Shown: in pieces, positions 48,221-59,031 of the stretch | Layout: every line of letters begins with the position of its first letter | Numbering within the stretch: position 1 is the stretch's first letter | DNA from: a virus | Lineage: Duplodnaviria; Caudoviricetes | DNA length: 64,000 nt | Strand: one strand, 5' to 3' | IMG/VR virus record: IMGVR_UViG_3300029705_000039 | Program-made: the position numbers and the translations under genes | The notes under the pieces: generated by a model | What the model was told of the DNA's origin: nothing | What the model saw: the letters and a program-made list of their open reading frames with translations, nothing else | Database searches by the model: none

Positions 48221-49950
48221 AATATAAGCTAAAATGGGAACTACCCCATGATGCCGCGACCTGTCTAGGATGGTTATTAGACGCACGCGGCGTAGAAGAT
48301 ATTGAAGGTTATGTATATCCAAGTAAAGATTATGAATTAAATCCTCGTCTACTTGATAATATTGATAGAGGCGCGAATTTGCTAAAGAAGCATCTTGATA
48401 ATGATAGTAATATTCTATTAGTTCAAGACTGTGATACAGATGGCATTATGAGTTCGGCGATGCTGTGGCTGTATATTAAAGATTTTTATCCAAATGCTAA
48501 GTTAGAGTATGTTTGCCACGAACATAAGCAGCATGGCCTAGAAGATATTATTGATGATATCGAAGAAAGTGATTATGATTTAATCATTCTTCCCGATGCC
48601 AGTAGCAACGATTATGATTATCATGAACGACTACATAATGCTCATAAAGATATCTTAGTAATTGATCACCATGAAGCAGAAAAATATAGCTATTATGCCG
48701 TTGTTGTAAATAATCAGTTATCTACAAATTATTCTAATAAATCCTTTAGCGGCGCAGGCATTGTTTATAAGTTTCTAATGGTAATGGATGAATTAATGGG
48801 TAAGCCGGGCCATTGCGAAAAATATATGGACCTATGTGCGCTAGCCAATGTTGCCGATTGTATGAGTATGAAGCATCCTGAAACTCGTTATTACATCATA
48901 GAAGGTTTAAAGCGAGTTCAGAATGATGGTTTCAAGGCTTTTATTAATCAGCAATCTTATTCTTTATTTAAAGAAACCAAAGAGCTTGGCTACATTGGAG
49001 TGGCTTTTTATATTGCTCCTCTACTAAATGCGGTAGTTCGTGTAGGCACAATGGAAGAAAAACGACTATTATTTGAAGCTTTTATTAACCCTAATAAGCT
49101 TATCCAGTCTGACAAGCGCGGAGCCAAGCCAGGCGATATGGAACGAGTTGCAGTTGAAATGGCTCGGCGTGCCTCCAATGCTCGTAATCGTCAGAATAAA
49201 ACGAAAGAGCGGGCAACAGAACTACTTGATATGCGGGTTCATAAGTACGATTTACTAGATAACAAAATTCTAATTATTCAGGTAGATGATAAAGACAATA
49301 TTCCCCAGGAACTGCGCGGTCTTATCTGCGCTCAATTTGTAAATCGCTATCATCGTCCTTGCGCGATTGTAGCACGAAATGATGAAGGTTTCCTCCGCGG
49401 CAGTATTCGTGGCAATGATTCGTTCGAAGAAGTTCCTGATTTCAAAGCGTTTCTAGAAAAGTCTGGTTTAATGGATTATGTCCAAGGCCATGCTAATGCG
49501 GCAGGTATGAGTATTCATGAAAGTAATCTGGAAGATTTACTTGCTTATGCGAATACACATATTTCAAATGAGGGCCTTTCAAATGTATATTATGTAGATT
49601 ATATCTTTAATGAAGATGAAGATTTTTCTGCTTTATTATTAAATATTGCGGCCCAACCTAATCTATGGGGCAATGATATTGAAGAGCCTATGGTTGTTGT
49701 AGAACGCATTCCTTATTATCGTGAGCAATTATTCGTAATGGGCGAAAATAAGGATTCTTCTAAATTTAATCATAATGGTGTGGAATACGTGAAATTTAAG
49801 GATTCTGATTATATTCAGGAAATGACCGCCTATGAACGCGGCTATATTACCGTTTATGGTAGCATTAAGCAGAATACTTGGGCTGGCCGCACCACTCCAC
49901 AAATTCTTATTCAAGATTACATTATTGAAGACGCTACCTATGATTTTTGA
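48217..49950 (+). CDS. recJ: RecJ-like DHH exonuclease
   Basis: DCDTDG, HG, IDHH, SGAG, GHANAAG. Confidence 0.9.
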   Translation: MKYKLKWELPHDAATCLGWLLDARGVEDIEGYVYPSKDYELNPRLLDNIDRGANLLKKHLDNDSNILLVQDCDTDGIMSSAMLWLYIKDFYPNAKLEYVCHEHKQHGLEDIIDDIEESDYDLIILPDASSNDYDYHERLHNAHKDILVIDHHEAEKYSYYAVVVNNQLSTNYSNKSFSGAGIVYKFLMVMDELMGKPGHCEKYMDLCALANVADCMSMKHPETRYYIIEGLKRVQNDGFKAFINQQSYSLFKETKELGYIGVAFYIAPLLNAVVRVGTMEEKRLLFEAFINPNKLIQSDKRGAKPGDMERVAVEMARRASNARNRQNKTKERATELLDMRVHKYDLLDNKILIIQVDDKDNIPQELRGLICAQFVNRYHRPCAIVARNDEGFLRGSIRGNDSFEEVPDFKAFLEKSGLMDYVQGHANAAGMSIHESNLEDLLAYANTHISNEGLSNVYYVDYIFNEDEDFSALLLNIAAQPNLWGNDIEEPMVVVERIPYYREQLFVMGENKDSSKFNHNGVEYVKFKDSDYIQEMTAYERGYITVYGSIKQNTWAGRTTPQILIQDYIIEDATYDF

Positions 49951-50007
49951 CAAAATTTAAATTTTAGTGTATAATATAAATAATTAGAGGAAGGAGAAAG
50001 TTGAAAG

Positions 50008-53000
50008 ATGGTAAAGCAATACCCTGGTACTTTGCATGCTCATACGGATTTTAGCAATCTTCGTCTTCGAGACTCGATTAATAAAGTCCCTACACTAATT
50101 AATAAAGCAATTGAACTTGGCCATACTTGTGTAGCAATTACCGACCACGAAACAATTAGTAGTTTCGTACAGGTTGAAGAATACGCGGCCAAGGTAAAGG
50201 ATAAGATTAAGGTTATTCGTGGCAATGAGATTTATCTTACTCGTAATAATCTTAATAGTTCTAACTTCAATAAGGAACGTGGCGATGATTACTTTCACTT
50301 TATCCTTCTTGCTAAGGATATCGAAGGGTATCATCAGATTTGCGAACTTTCTACGAGAGCCTGGATGCGTTCTTATGTTTCTCGTAGAATGCGTCGTGTT
50401 CCTACTTATTATAGAGACTTAAAGGAAATTGTGGCGCCGAATCCCGGACATCTGGTAGCAAGTACGGCTTGTCTGGGCGGTCAGCTTCCTAAGTTTATTC
50501 TTAAATATCGTGAAACCGGTGATATGAATTATATTGATACTGCGAAGAACTGGTGTCAATATATGACTGGTATTTTTGGAAAGGGTAATTTTTATTTGGA
50601 GATGCAACCTTCCAATAATGCTGAACAGGTTTATGTAAATAAAACTCTATTAAAGTTCAGTGAAGAACTTGACATTCCATATATTATTACAACTGACGCT
50701 CATTATCTTTCTAAAGAAGATGCCAATATTCACGAAAAATATCTAAATTCACAAGATGGCGACCGTGAGGTAAAGTCATTCTACGAGACAACTTATATGA
50801 TGGGCACAGAAGAAATTGAAGGCTTCTTTAAGTATTTTAGTAAGTCTCAAATTGACGCGGCTTATGATAGTATTAATCATATCGTCTCTATGTGCGAAGA
50901 GTTTAGTATTAAGCGCCCGCTTCGTATTCCGGAACTTCCTTGGTTAGAGTATAATCATGACGTTCCTAATCTTGAGTTTTACTTAACTAAAATGCCTACT
51001 CTTCGTAAGTTCCAGACTTCTAGTCGTAATGCAGATCGAGAAATGGTTTATGCAGTTATTGACGGTATTCATCGTCATAAAGATTTGCAGAATGATGCCG
51101 CTTATGCCGCACTTGAGGAATGTTTGGATATGACTTGGGTTTCAAGTGAAATCAATAACGCAAGTTGGAGCGCTTATTGTTTGAATCTTCAAAAGATTAT
51201 CGAGGAATGTTGGAACTCCGGAACTATTGTGGGTCCCGCCCGTGGTTCTGGTGGTGGCTTTATTCTTCTGTATTGTTTGGATATTATTCAGATGAATGCA
51301 CTTCGTGAAAAGACGACCATGTATCCTTGGCGTTTCTTGAACCCGCAACGTGTTAGCCCGTTGGATGTTGACTTTGATATTTCTGGTTTAAAACGCGCTT
51401 CAACTCTTGAGCATCTTCGTAAAGTGTATGGTCAAGATCGTGTTTGTAATGTTCTTACCTTGAGAACTGAAAAGTCTAAGAGTGCTATTTTAACTGCGGC
51501 TCGTGGTTTGGAAATGTCTCCCGAAGAAGGTCAGTATCTTTCTTCTTTAGTTAGCGCCGAGCGCGGCCAGCTATATACTCTTAAGCAGATGTATTATGGC
51601 GATGAAGAAAATGGTATCGCACCGAGTTCCACTTTCGTGGAGGAAATGAATAATCATCCTGACCTTTGGGCGATTGCTCAGCGAATTGAAGGTTTGGTAT
51701 GCGGCGCAGGCATCCACGCGGGCGGCATTATTTTTAATGATGAACCTTTCACTAATACGGCATCTTTGATGCGGGCACCTGATGGAACAGTAATTAGTGG
51801 ATTCGAACTTCATGACGCGGAAAAACTTTCACTGATTAAGTATGATGCTTTGTCCGTTGAAGGTATGGATAAGATTCAGATTTGTTTAGAGTTGCTTATT
51901 GAAAATGGTTTTGTAAAACCGGAGGCAACTTTAAAAGAAACCTATGAAAAGGTAATTGGTATTTATAATATTGAGCGTGATGACCCGACGATGTGGAAAA
52001 AAGTTTGGAATCACGATATCATCAGTCTATTCCAAATGGAACAGCAAAGTGGTATTCAAGGTATTGCGGCCACCAAGCCGAATAATGTTGATGACCTTGC
52101 CTCATTGAACTCCGTTATTCGTCTAATGGCGCAGGAAAAAGGTGCAGAAACTCCTATTGAGAAATATGCGCGTTTTAGAAAGAATCCTATGGCGTGGGAA
52201 CAGGAAATGAAGGCTGCGGGTTTAAGCGAAGAGGAACGCAAACTTCTTCACAAAGAGCTGGATGTTTCATCTGGTCTATGCATTGCTCAGGAACAGTTTA
52301 TGATGTTGGTTCAACTTCCGGAAATTGGCGGTTTTGATCTTCAGTGGGCAGACCGACTTCGTAAGTCCATTGCGAAAAAGAATCCAAAGGAATATGATAA
52401 GCTAACTACTGAGTTTTATGAAAATATGCGGCAAAAGAATCTTTCTGAAAATTTGTGTGCATATGTTTGGAATACTCTAATTGCTATGAACCGCGGCTAT
52501 GGCTTCAATGCCGCCCATACCCTTGGCTATTCATTGGTTGCACTACAAGAAATGAACCTCGCGCATAAGTATCCAATTATCTTCTGGAATACAGCGAATC
52601 TTATTGTTGATAGCGCCGGTGTTGCTGAAACAGATGAAGGCGATGAAGAAACTTTAGTTGTTGAACTGGAAGATTCTGAAGAAGTAGAGGAAATTGTAGA
52701 CATCTATGAGCCGGAAGAATGGGAAGAGTATGAATATGAAGATCTTCCTGATCGTTCTGCGAAAAAGAAAAAGAAAACAAAGTCTATTAACTTCGGTAAG
52801 ATTGCAACTGCAATTGGTAAATTCCAAATGGCGGGCATTAAAGTAACTCCTCCGAATATCAACGAAAGTGGTTTTACTTTTACTCCTCTGGTAAAAGAAA
52901 ATGCAATTGCAAGCGGTTTGCGTAATATTACCCGTATTTCCGCAGATTTGGTTAATCAGATTATTGCGAATCGTCCATATACTTCTATGGATGATTTCCA

Positions 53001-53979
53001 GGCAAAGGTAAAAGTGAATCGCACTCAGATGTTGAACCTTCTAAAGTGTGGAGCTTTTGATAGTTTGCATCCCGACCGAATGGCGGCCATCCAGAGCTAT
53101 CTATCTAGCAAAGCCGCGACCAAAGAAAAATTAACCTTGGCAAATGTACCGATGTTAATTAAATATGGTATTCTCGATGAAGAAGCCGCGAAATATTGTG
53201 AGTTATATTCTTTTAATAAGTTTTTAAGAAAGAATATTAAAGATGATGTTATCGTATTTCCCAATGAAAATGCATTAAATTATTATTGCGATCGATATGA
53301 CATTGATTTACTAATTAATGGAGAAAGCATTAGTGTAAAAGTTTGGGAAAAGATTTATAAAAAGAATATTGCTCCGCTAAGTGATTTCATCAAAGACAAT
53401 ATGGATGAATTGCTTGATAGGTTAAATGAAGCATTAATTCAAGAACAATTTGAGAATTATGCCAAAGGAACGATTTCTCATTATGAGATTGAATCTATGT
53501 CTTTCTATTATCATGAGCACGAGCTTCAAAATGTAAATCGTATGATTTATGATATTCAGGACTTTAATCGCCTTCCAGAGAAGCCAACTGTTGAGCGAGT
53601 TATTCCCACAAAAGATGGAAAGTCTATTGAATTACTAGAACTTTCTCATATTTGTGGCACAGTTTTAGATAAAAATAAAATGAAAAATTCCATCTCACTT
53701 CTAACACCTACTGGTGTGGTAACTGTGAAAATTTGGAAAAATCAGTTTGCCAAGTATGACAAACAAATCTCCGAAATCCAATCTGACGGAAAAAAGAAAG
53801 TTCGAGAAAAGTCTTGGTTTAGTCGCGGCAATCTTTTATATCTACAAGGTATTCGTCGTGGTGATACTTTTATTCCCAAGGCATATAAAAATAGCCTACA
53901 TAGAATTCCCATTATGAAAATTACATCAGTTGAAGGAGATAGGATAACTTATACTGACAAGAGGTATGATGAGGAATGA
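50008..53979 (+). CDS. dnaE: DNA polymerase III alpha subunit
   Basis: PHP HAHT/TDH, ARGSGGG, DVDFD, GIHAGG, GFNAAH. Confidence 0.95.
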   Translation: MVKQYPGTLHAHTDFSNLRLRDSINKVPTLINKAIELGHTCVAITDHETISSFVQVEEYAAKVKDKIKVIRGNEIYLTRNNLNSSNFNKERGDDYFHFILLAKDIEGYHQICELSTRAWMRSYVSRRMRRVPTYYRDLKEIVAPNPGHLVASTACLGGQLPKFILKYRETGDMNYIDTAKNWCQYMTGIFGKGNFYLEMQPSNNAEQVYVNKTLLKFSEELDIPYIITTDAHYLSKEDANIHEKYLNSQDGDREVKSFYETTYMMGTEEIEGFFKYFSKSQIDAAYDSINHIVSMCEEFSIKRPLRIPELPWLEYNHDVPNLEFYLTKMPTLRKFQTSSRNADREMVYAVIDGIHRHKDLQNDAAYAALEECLDMTWVSSEINNASWSAYCLNLQKIIEECWNSGTIVGPARGSGGGFILLYCLDIIQMNALREKTTMYPWRFLNPQRVSPLDVDFDISGLKRASTLEHLRKVYGQDRVCNVLTLRTEKSKSAILTAARGLEMSPEEGQYLSSLVSAERGQLYTLKQMYYGDEENGIAPSSTFVEEMNNHPDLWAIAQRIEGLVCGAGIHAGGIIFNDEPFTNTASLMRAPDGTVISGFELHDAEKLSLIKYDALSVEGMDKIQICLELLIENGFVKPEATLKETYEKVIGIYNIERDDPTMWKKVWNHDIISLFQMEQQSGIQGIAATKPNNVDDLASLNSVIRLMAQEKGAETPIEKYARFRKNPMAWEQEMKAAGLSEEERKLLHKELDVSSGLCIAQEQFMMLVQLPEIGGFDLQWADRLRKSIAKKNPKEYDKLTTEFYENMRQKNLSENLCAYVWNTLIAMNRGYGFNAAHTLGYSLVALQEMNLAHKYPIIFWNTANLIVDSAGVAETDEGDEETLVVELEDSEEVEEIVDIYEPEEWEEYEYEDLPDRSAKKKKKTKSINFGKIATAIGKFQMAGIKVTPPNINESGFTFTPLVKENAIASGLRNITRISADLVNQIIANRPYTSMDDFQAKVKVNRTQMLNLLKCGAFDSLHPDRMAAIQSYLSSKAATKEKLTLANVPMLIKYGILDEEAAKYCELYSFNKFLRKNIKDDVIVFPNENALNYYCDRYDIDLLINGESISVKVWEKIYKKNIAPLSDFIKDNMDELLDRLNEALIQEQFENYAKGTISHYEIESMSFYYHEHELQNVNRMIYDIQDFNRLPEKPTVERVIPTKDGKSIELLELSHICGTVLDKNKMKNSISLLTPTGVVTVKIWKNQFAKYDKQISEIQSDGKKKVREKSWFSRGNLLYLQGIRRGDTFIPKAYKNSLHRIPIMKITSVEGDRITYTDKRYDEE

Positions 53980-55034
53980 TTGGAATATATGATAATGACT
54001 TTATGGCGGTGAAGAGAGGACTTCCCTCTCCTTCACTAGCCGCGATGAAAATGTCGGCTTTTTTAAAAACAAACGAAGAAGATAACGTATATTTAATTAC
54101 TTCTTTAGAAACCGCGGCCCAGTGTAATAAGGTTTATTTTTTTAGTGATAGAATTATAGATAAACTTCCTAAAGAAATATTCACAATGGATAACATTGAA
54201 CTATATGGAAAGTATTTAGAAAAACTTCCTAAGATAGTAGAACACATGGTGCCTGATATTACATTATATCATGATGTGGTTCAAGACCGTTTAGTGAATA
54301 AAATTACTGCTACAAATAGAGCACTACAATTTTTGGATAGCATTTATTATCAAGCATATGGTTCAGAAGGAGAAAGATTGCCTTTGCCGCCTTCTTCTAC
54401 AAGAAAAAGATTTTATATTTATGATGAAGATTTTTTAGGGTATGAAGATTGTTGGGATATTTTAAATGAGCTATTAGAACGTGCTCCTTCTGGTATTTAT
54501 ATGACACAACCAATCCAATGCCATACTGTAAAACAGTTTTTTACATTGCGTGAGGATTATGAAAAAGTTAGCCGCAGTAATAAAGTAATATTAGATTATT
54601 TTGTTCCACTTCATCACTTTGATATGTATTTTAGTAAATATAAATTGAGGTTGCTTGGTGAAATTACCAAAACCTCGGAGGTTTATATTTACTTAGGTAA
54701 AAATTATTCTAATAATGCTTATGGGGACACCTTTTATATAAAGAACTTGTATTATTGTTTAAACCTTATTTTCAGTTATTGGTCCCGCAATATTCCCATT
54801 AAAGCAGAGATGTTTGAAAAAGAAGACGCAATTAACCCATATAAAGATATTTATAACTGTATAAGACTTTGGACTAATAGTGAAAATCAAAATATGAAAT
54901 TAAAAGAAAGTTTCAACTCTAAAAAACTTAAGACCAAATTAGAAGAATTTCTTAAAGAACATTCTGTGATGGAGCAATTCTTTGAGAAAAGCAAAAATGA
55001 CTTAATTACTACAAGGGGGATATGGAGAATATGA
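53976..55034 (+). CDS. hypothetical protein
   Basis: 352-aa ORF coupled to dnaE. Confidence 0.7.
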   Translation: MIGIYDNDFMAVKRGLPSPSLAAMKMSAFLKTNEEDNVYLITSLETAAQCNKVYFFSDRIIDKLPKEIFTMDNIELYGKYLEKLPKIVEHMVPDITLYHDVVQDRLVNKITATNRALQFLDSIYYQAYGSEGERLPLPPSSTRKRFYIYDEDFLGYEDCWDILNELLERAPSGIYMTQPIQCHTVKQFFTLREDYEKVSRSNKVILDYFVPLHHFDMYFSKYKLRLLGEITKTSEVYIYLGKNYSNNAYGDTFYIKNLYYCLNLIFSYWSRNIPIKAEMFEKEDAINPYKDIYNCIRLWTNSENQNMKLKESFNSKKLKTKLEEFLKEHSVMEQFFEKSKNDLITTRGIWRI

Positions 55035-55249
55035 GACAAAATGAGGATATTCGTGCTGAGATGCAGGAAATTCAATTAAAACTCCAAAAGAAATTAGCAG
55101 AATGTTGCGCTACATTTGAACTACATCCTGAAATTAATGCTTTAAGACAGCAAATTGATGCTCTCCGCAAGGAATGCACGCATCTTAATACGAATCACGA
55201 AATTGAACTTTATAATGGACGCTGTATCTACTGTGGAAAAAAGATGTGA
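55031..55249 (+). CDS. small coiled-coil / Zn protein
   Basis: C.H...CIYCG. Confidence 0.55.
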   Translation: MRQNEDIRAEMQEIQLKLQKKLAECCATFELHPEINALRQQIDALRKECTHLNTNHEIELYNGRCIYCGKKM

Positions 55250-55260
55250 GGTGATAAGAT

Positions 55261-56508
55261 ATGGAATATGTAATCAAACGTGATGGTTCTCAGGTCTTAT
55301 ATAATAAAGATAAAATTTATGAAGCTATTAATGCCGCGAATGAAGAATGTATTCTTAAAGAAGAAGGGTATTTAACATTAGAATCTCTCTATGATGCCTT
55401 AGAGGATATTGATAGTCGTTGCAACGACCATGTGTCTGATATTGGTGTAGAAGAAATTCAGAACATTGTTGAACGTGTATTAATGTCCTATGAACCTGAT
55501 GTTGCTCGTGCTTATATTCGCTATCGTTATATGAAAGAAGTCGCTCGTGAATATAAGGCAGACTTTTTTGAAGCGATTGGCGATAAACTCGCGGCTAAGA
55601 ATGTAGTCAACCAAAATGCCAACGTAGACGAGCATTCCTTCGGCGGCCGCGTAGGCGAAGCATCTGATGCTATGATGAAAGAGTATGCACTTAACTTCTG
55701 CATGTCCAAGATGGCGCGCGAAAATCATTTAAATAATGAAATTTATATTCATGACCTAAGTGCTTATGCAGTTGGGATGCACAATTGCCTTACTGTTCCT
55801 TTTGACCATCTACTTGAAAAAGGCTTCAATACTCGTCAAGTTGATATTCGTCCCGCTAATAGTGTAGATACTGCTTTCCAGTTAGTTGCTGTTATTTTCC
55901 AACTACAATCTCTAATGCAGTTTGGCGGCGTAAGTGCTTCTCATATTGACTGGACTATGGTACCTTATGTAAGAAAGAGTTTTAGAAAACATTGGAACAA
56001 TGGATTAAAATATTTAGCATTTTGGGAAGTAAAAGATGAAGACTATGAAACTGAAAATAAGCCCTTGGATGAATATCCCAATTTTGATGATTATCAAGAT
56101 ATTTATCGGTATGCTATGGAAATGACTGAAAAAGAACTATCCCAAGCCGCAGAAGGCTTATATCATAACCTCAATTCTCTCCAAAGCCGCAGCGGAAACC
56201 AGTTGCCCTTTACCTCCCTTAACTATGGAACTTGCACTCTTCCTGAAGGTCGCATGGTAATTAAGGCTCTACTTGAAGGCTCCATTAAAGGCGTAGGCAA
56301 GCATCATCGCACTCCTATCTTCCCTTGCGGTATTTTCCAAGTCGGCGAAGGAATCAACAAGCATCCTGGCGACCCTAATTATGATTTATTCCAGCTGGCA
56401 CTAAAATCAACTTCTTTACGTCTATATCCCAATTATGCTAATATTGATTGGTCTGGTAATGCAGGATATGATAAAAACGACCCAAAAACTTATTTCTCTA
56501 CCATGGGT
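55261..56508 (+). CDS. nrdD: anaerobic ribonucleoside-triphosphate reductase, exon 1
   Basis: ATP cone VIKRDG, IYIHDL, HNC, QLPFTS; ends ...STMG. Confidence 0.92.
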
Positions 56509-57334
56509 AAGTGCAAACTACAGCTCATGTAAAATCTTTTGAACCTCGCCCGAGGGTGTCTGCGTAAGCAGGCTAACGGTTAGGTCCCACGAGGATGAGA
56601 CCGTGCGAAGATTCGTTATAATATTCATCTCTGTGAGGTGAATATATGGAAGTTTATAAGATTACTAACCTAATAAATGATAAAGTTTATATTGGTTAGA
56701 CAATTCGACCTATTTAGTAGCGTTTTCATCGGCATATAAGCGATGCTATGAATAATATACTTGATACACATTTTGCAAGAGCAATAAGAAAATACGGTCC
56801 AGATAATTGGAAAATAGAAAGTATAGACATCGCTAAAACATAGGAAGAATTAAATCAAAAAGAACAGTATTGGATTAATTATTATAATTCTGTTATAGAT
56901 GGATATAATGAAACAAATGCCATTAGCAAGTGCGGTGGAAATACTTATCAATCTAAAACAGAAGAAGAAATGAAAATTATTAAGGAAAAGATACGAAAAA
57001 CTAAACTTGGTGGTAAAAATCCCATGGCACGAAAAATAAAAAGAACAAATATACAAACTGGAGAAACCGATATTTTTGAAACAGTTATATCTTGTGCCAA
57101 AGCTTGCGGGATACAAAATGGAAAAACATCAATTACCACCCGGCTAAATAAACAAATAACTTCTCCTTATAAAAATACTTGGACTTTTGAATATTATAAC
57201 GAATAACGTGTATCGACTATCCCTGATGAATGTAAGGGAGTAGGACAGGAGATAGGCACCTGTCCGAAGCGGAAGACTATCTTGACAAAGATAGAAGATA
57301 TAGTCAGTGCTGATGGCAACATCAGATAAACATG
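56509..57334 (+). mobile_element. group I intron in nrdD
   Basis: exon ends in U, intron ends in G; splicing restores TMG|CRT; P7-type CGACTA / GATATAGTC. Confidence 0.9.
56646..57206 (+). CDS. intron-encoded GIY-YIG homing endonuclease (4 TAG=Gln)
   Basis: MEVYKITNLINDKVYIG*T...GYN; NUMOD-like tail. Confidence 0.85.
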
Positions 57335-58339
57335 TGTAGAACGGCGAACGGCTGGGATGTAAATGGTTTGGGTCAGCAAAAGGACGGCCGCGGTAATATT
57401 TGTCCTGTAACGATTATTATGCCTACGCTTGCAATGATGGCTTTGGGTGGTGGAGGAGGTCCTTGTGAGGAATTGACACTAGAACACCCAGTAATAGAAG
57501 AGCGTATTAAGAAATTTATGACTCTTCTTGATAAGAAAATCCACGAAGCCAAAGATATGCTAATTGAGCGCTTTGAATATATTTGCCGCCAAAGTCCTGA
57601 CTCAGCCAAGTTTATGTATGAAAATAATACTATGGCAGGCTATGTGCCAGAAGAAGGTATTCGCTCTGCCTTAAAGCATGGAACAGTTGTAATTGGACAA
57701 CTTGGTTTAGCAGAAACCTTAGAAATTTTAATCGGTAAGAATCACACTACTCCCGAAGGTATGGAACTTGCAAAGCGTATTGAGCAGTTATTTAAAGATA
57801 GATGTGCTGAATTTAAGCAACAGTATAAATTGAACTTTGGTGTATATTATACGCCTGCTGAAAACCTCTGCTATACTGCTATGAAGAAGTTCCAAGATAA
57901 ATATGGAACTATTCCTCATGTAAGCGACCATGAATACTTCACTAATAGTATCCACGTTCCTGTTTGGGAAAAGGTTAATGTTCTTGAAAAAATCGATATT
58001 GAAAGCGAACTAACTGGTTATAGTTCCGCAGGCTGCATTACTTATGTTGAACTTGAAAGCGGCATTAAAAATAACCTATCCGCCTTGGAACAAATTGTTA
58101 TCTATGCTATGGATAAAGATATTCCTTATCTTGCTATCAATGTCCCCAATGATACTTGCCTTGATTGCGGCTATACTGATGAATTTAACGACAAGTGTCC
58201 TGAGTGCGGCAGTACCAATATTCAGCAGCTTCGCCGCGTAACAGGCTACTTAACAGGCGACTATAAAACCGCCTTCAATAAAGGTAAACAATATGAAACT
58301 GAAGACCGAGTAAAACATACCGGAAGGATGGAACAGTAA
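57335..58339 (+). CDS. nrdD: anaerobic ribonucleoside-triphosphate reductase, exon 2
   Basis: CRT, TPAENL, YFTNS, CLDC/CPEC, RRVTGYL glycyl loop. Confidence 0.92.
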   Translation, partial: CRTANGWDVNGLGQQKDGRGNICPVTIIMPTLAMMALGGGGGPCEELTLEHPVIEERIKKFMTLLDKKIHEAKDMLIERFEYICRQSPDSAKFMYENNTMAGYVPEEGIRSALKHGTVVIGQLGLAETLEILIGKNHTTPEGMELAKRIEQLFKDRCAEFKQQYKLNFGVYYTPAENLCYTAMKKFQDKYGTIPHVSDHEYFTNSIHVPVWEKVNVLEKIDIESELTGYSSAGCITYVELESGIKNNLSALEQIVIYAMDKDIPYLAINVPNDTCLDCGYTDEFNDKCPECGSTNIQQLRRVTGYLTGDYKTAFNKGKQYETEDRVKHTGRMEQ

Positions 58340-58341
58340 TT

Positions 58342-58935
58342 ATGAAATACGCAGGAATTATTTATGATGATACCGCCGCGGCCCCTGGTTTAAGTCTATC
58401 CTTCTACACTCAAGGTTGCCCTATCCACTGTCCTGGTTGCCATAACCAGGATATGTGGGATTTTGAAGGCGGATATGAATTTACAGACGAAGTAAGAGAT
58501 AAAGTTATTGCTAAACTCAATGAAAACGGAGTTCTCCGCAATCTTTGTATTATTGGCGGCGAACCACTTTGTCCGCAAAATGCTCATATGACAGAATTGC
58601 TTTGCGGCTTTGCAAGAGTAGAATATCCAGATATTAAGATTTATGTTTGGACTGGTTATACTTTAGAAGAATTATGCAAACGCGAGCAAGATATAGATAC
58701 GCTTGATGGTAAGCATATTCGTAATATTCTAGAATGTGTTGATGTTCTAATTGCTAATCCATTTGATATCTCCAAACGAGACATCACATTAGAATTACGC
58801 GGTTCTTCTAATCAGGAGATTTATAAATTCGTCACTGAAAATGAGTTCGCTGATGGCGGCAAACAATTTGGGTTTGAACGCGCAAACAAAATCTATCCTT
58901 ATGTTATTAAGGAAGGAAAATTTAAAGAGGGCTAA
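58342..58935 (+). CDS. nrdG: NrdD activating radical SAM enzyme
   Basis: GCPIHCPGCHN, GGEP, WTGY, RGSSNQ. Confidence 0.92.
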   Translation: MKYAGIIYDDTAAAPGLSLSFYTQGCPIHCPGCHNQDMWDFEGGYEFTDEVRDKVIAKLNENGVLRNLCIIGGEPLCPQNAHMTELLCGFARVEYPDIKIYVWTGYTLEELCKREQDIDTLDGKHIRNILECVDVLIANPFDISKRDITLELRGSSNQEIYKFVTENEFADGGKQFGFERANKIYPYVIKEGKFKEG

Positions 58936-59031
58936 GCCCTCTTTATTTTTTTGCTTAAAATTTGACAAAAATATTTTTTTAGCTTATAATTAATACATAA
59001 GAAATACAGGAGTAGTGAAGTTTAGGATAGT

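Noticed and set aside
55261-56532. nrdD as two separate genes (ORF track 55261-56532 and 57332-58339)
   Set aside because: Group I intron boundaries restore the continuous TMGCRT motif
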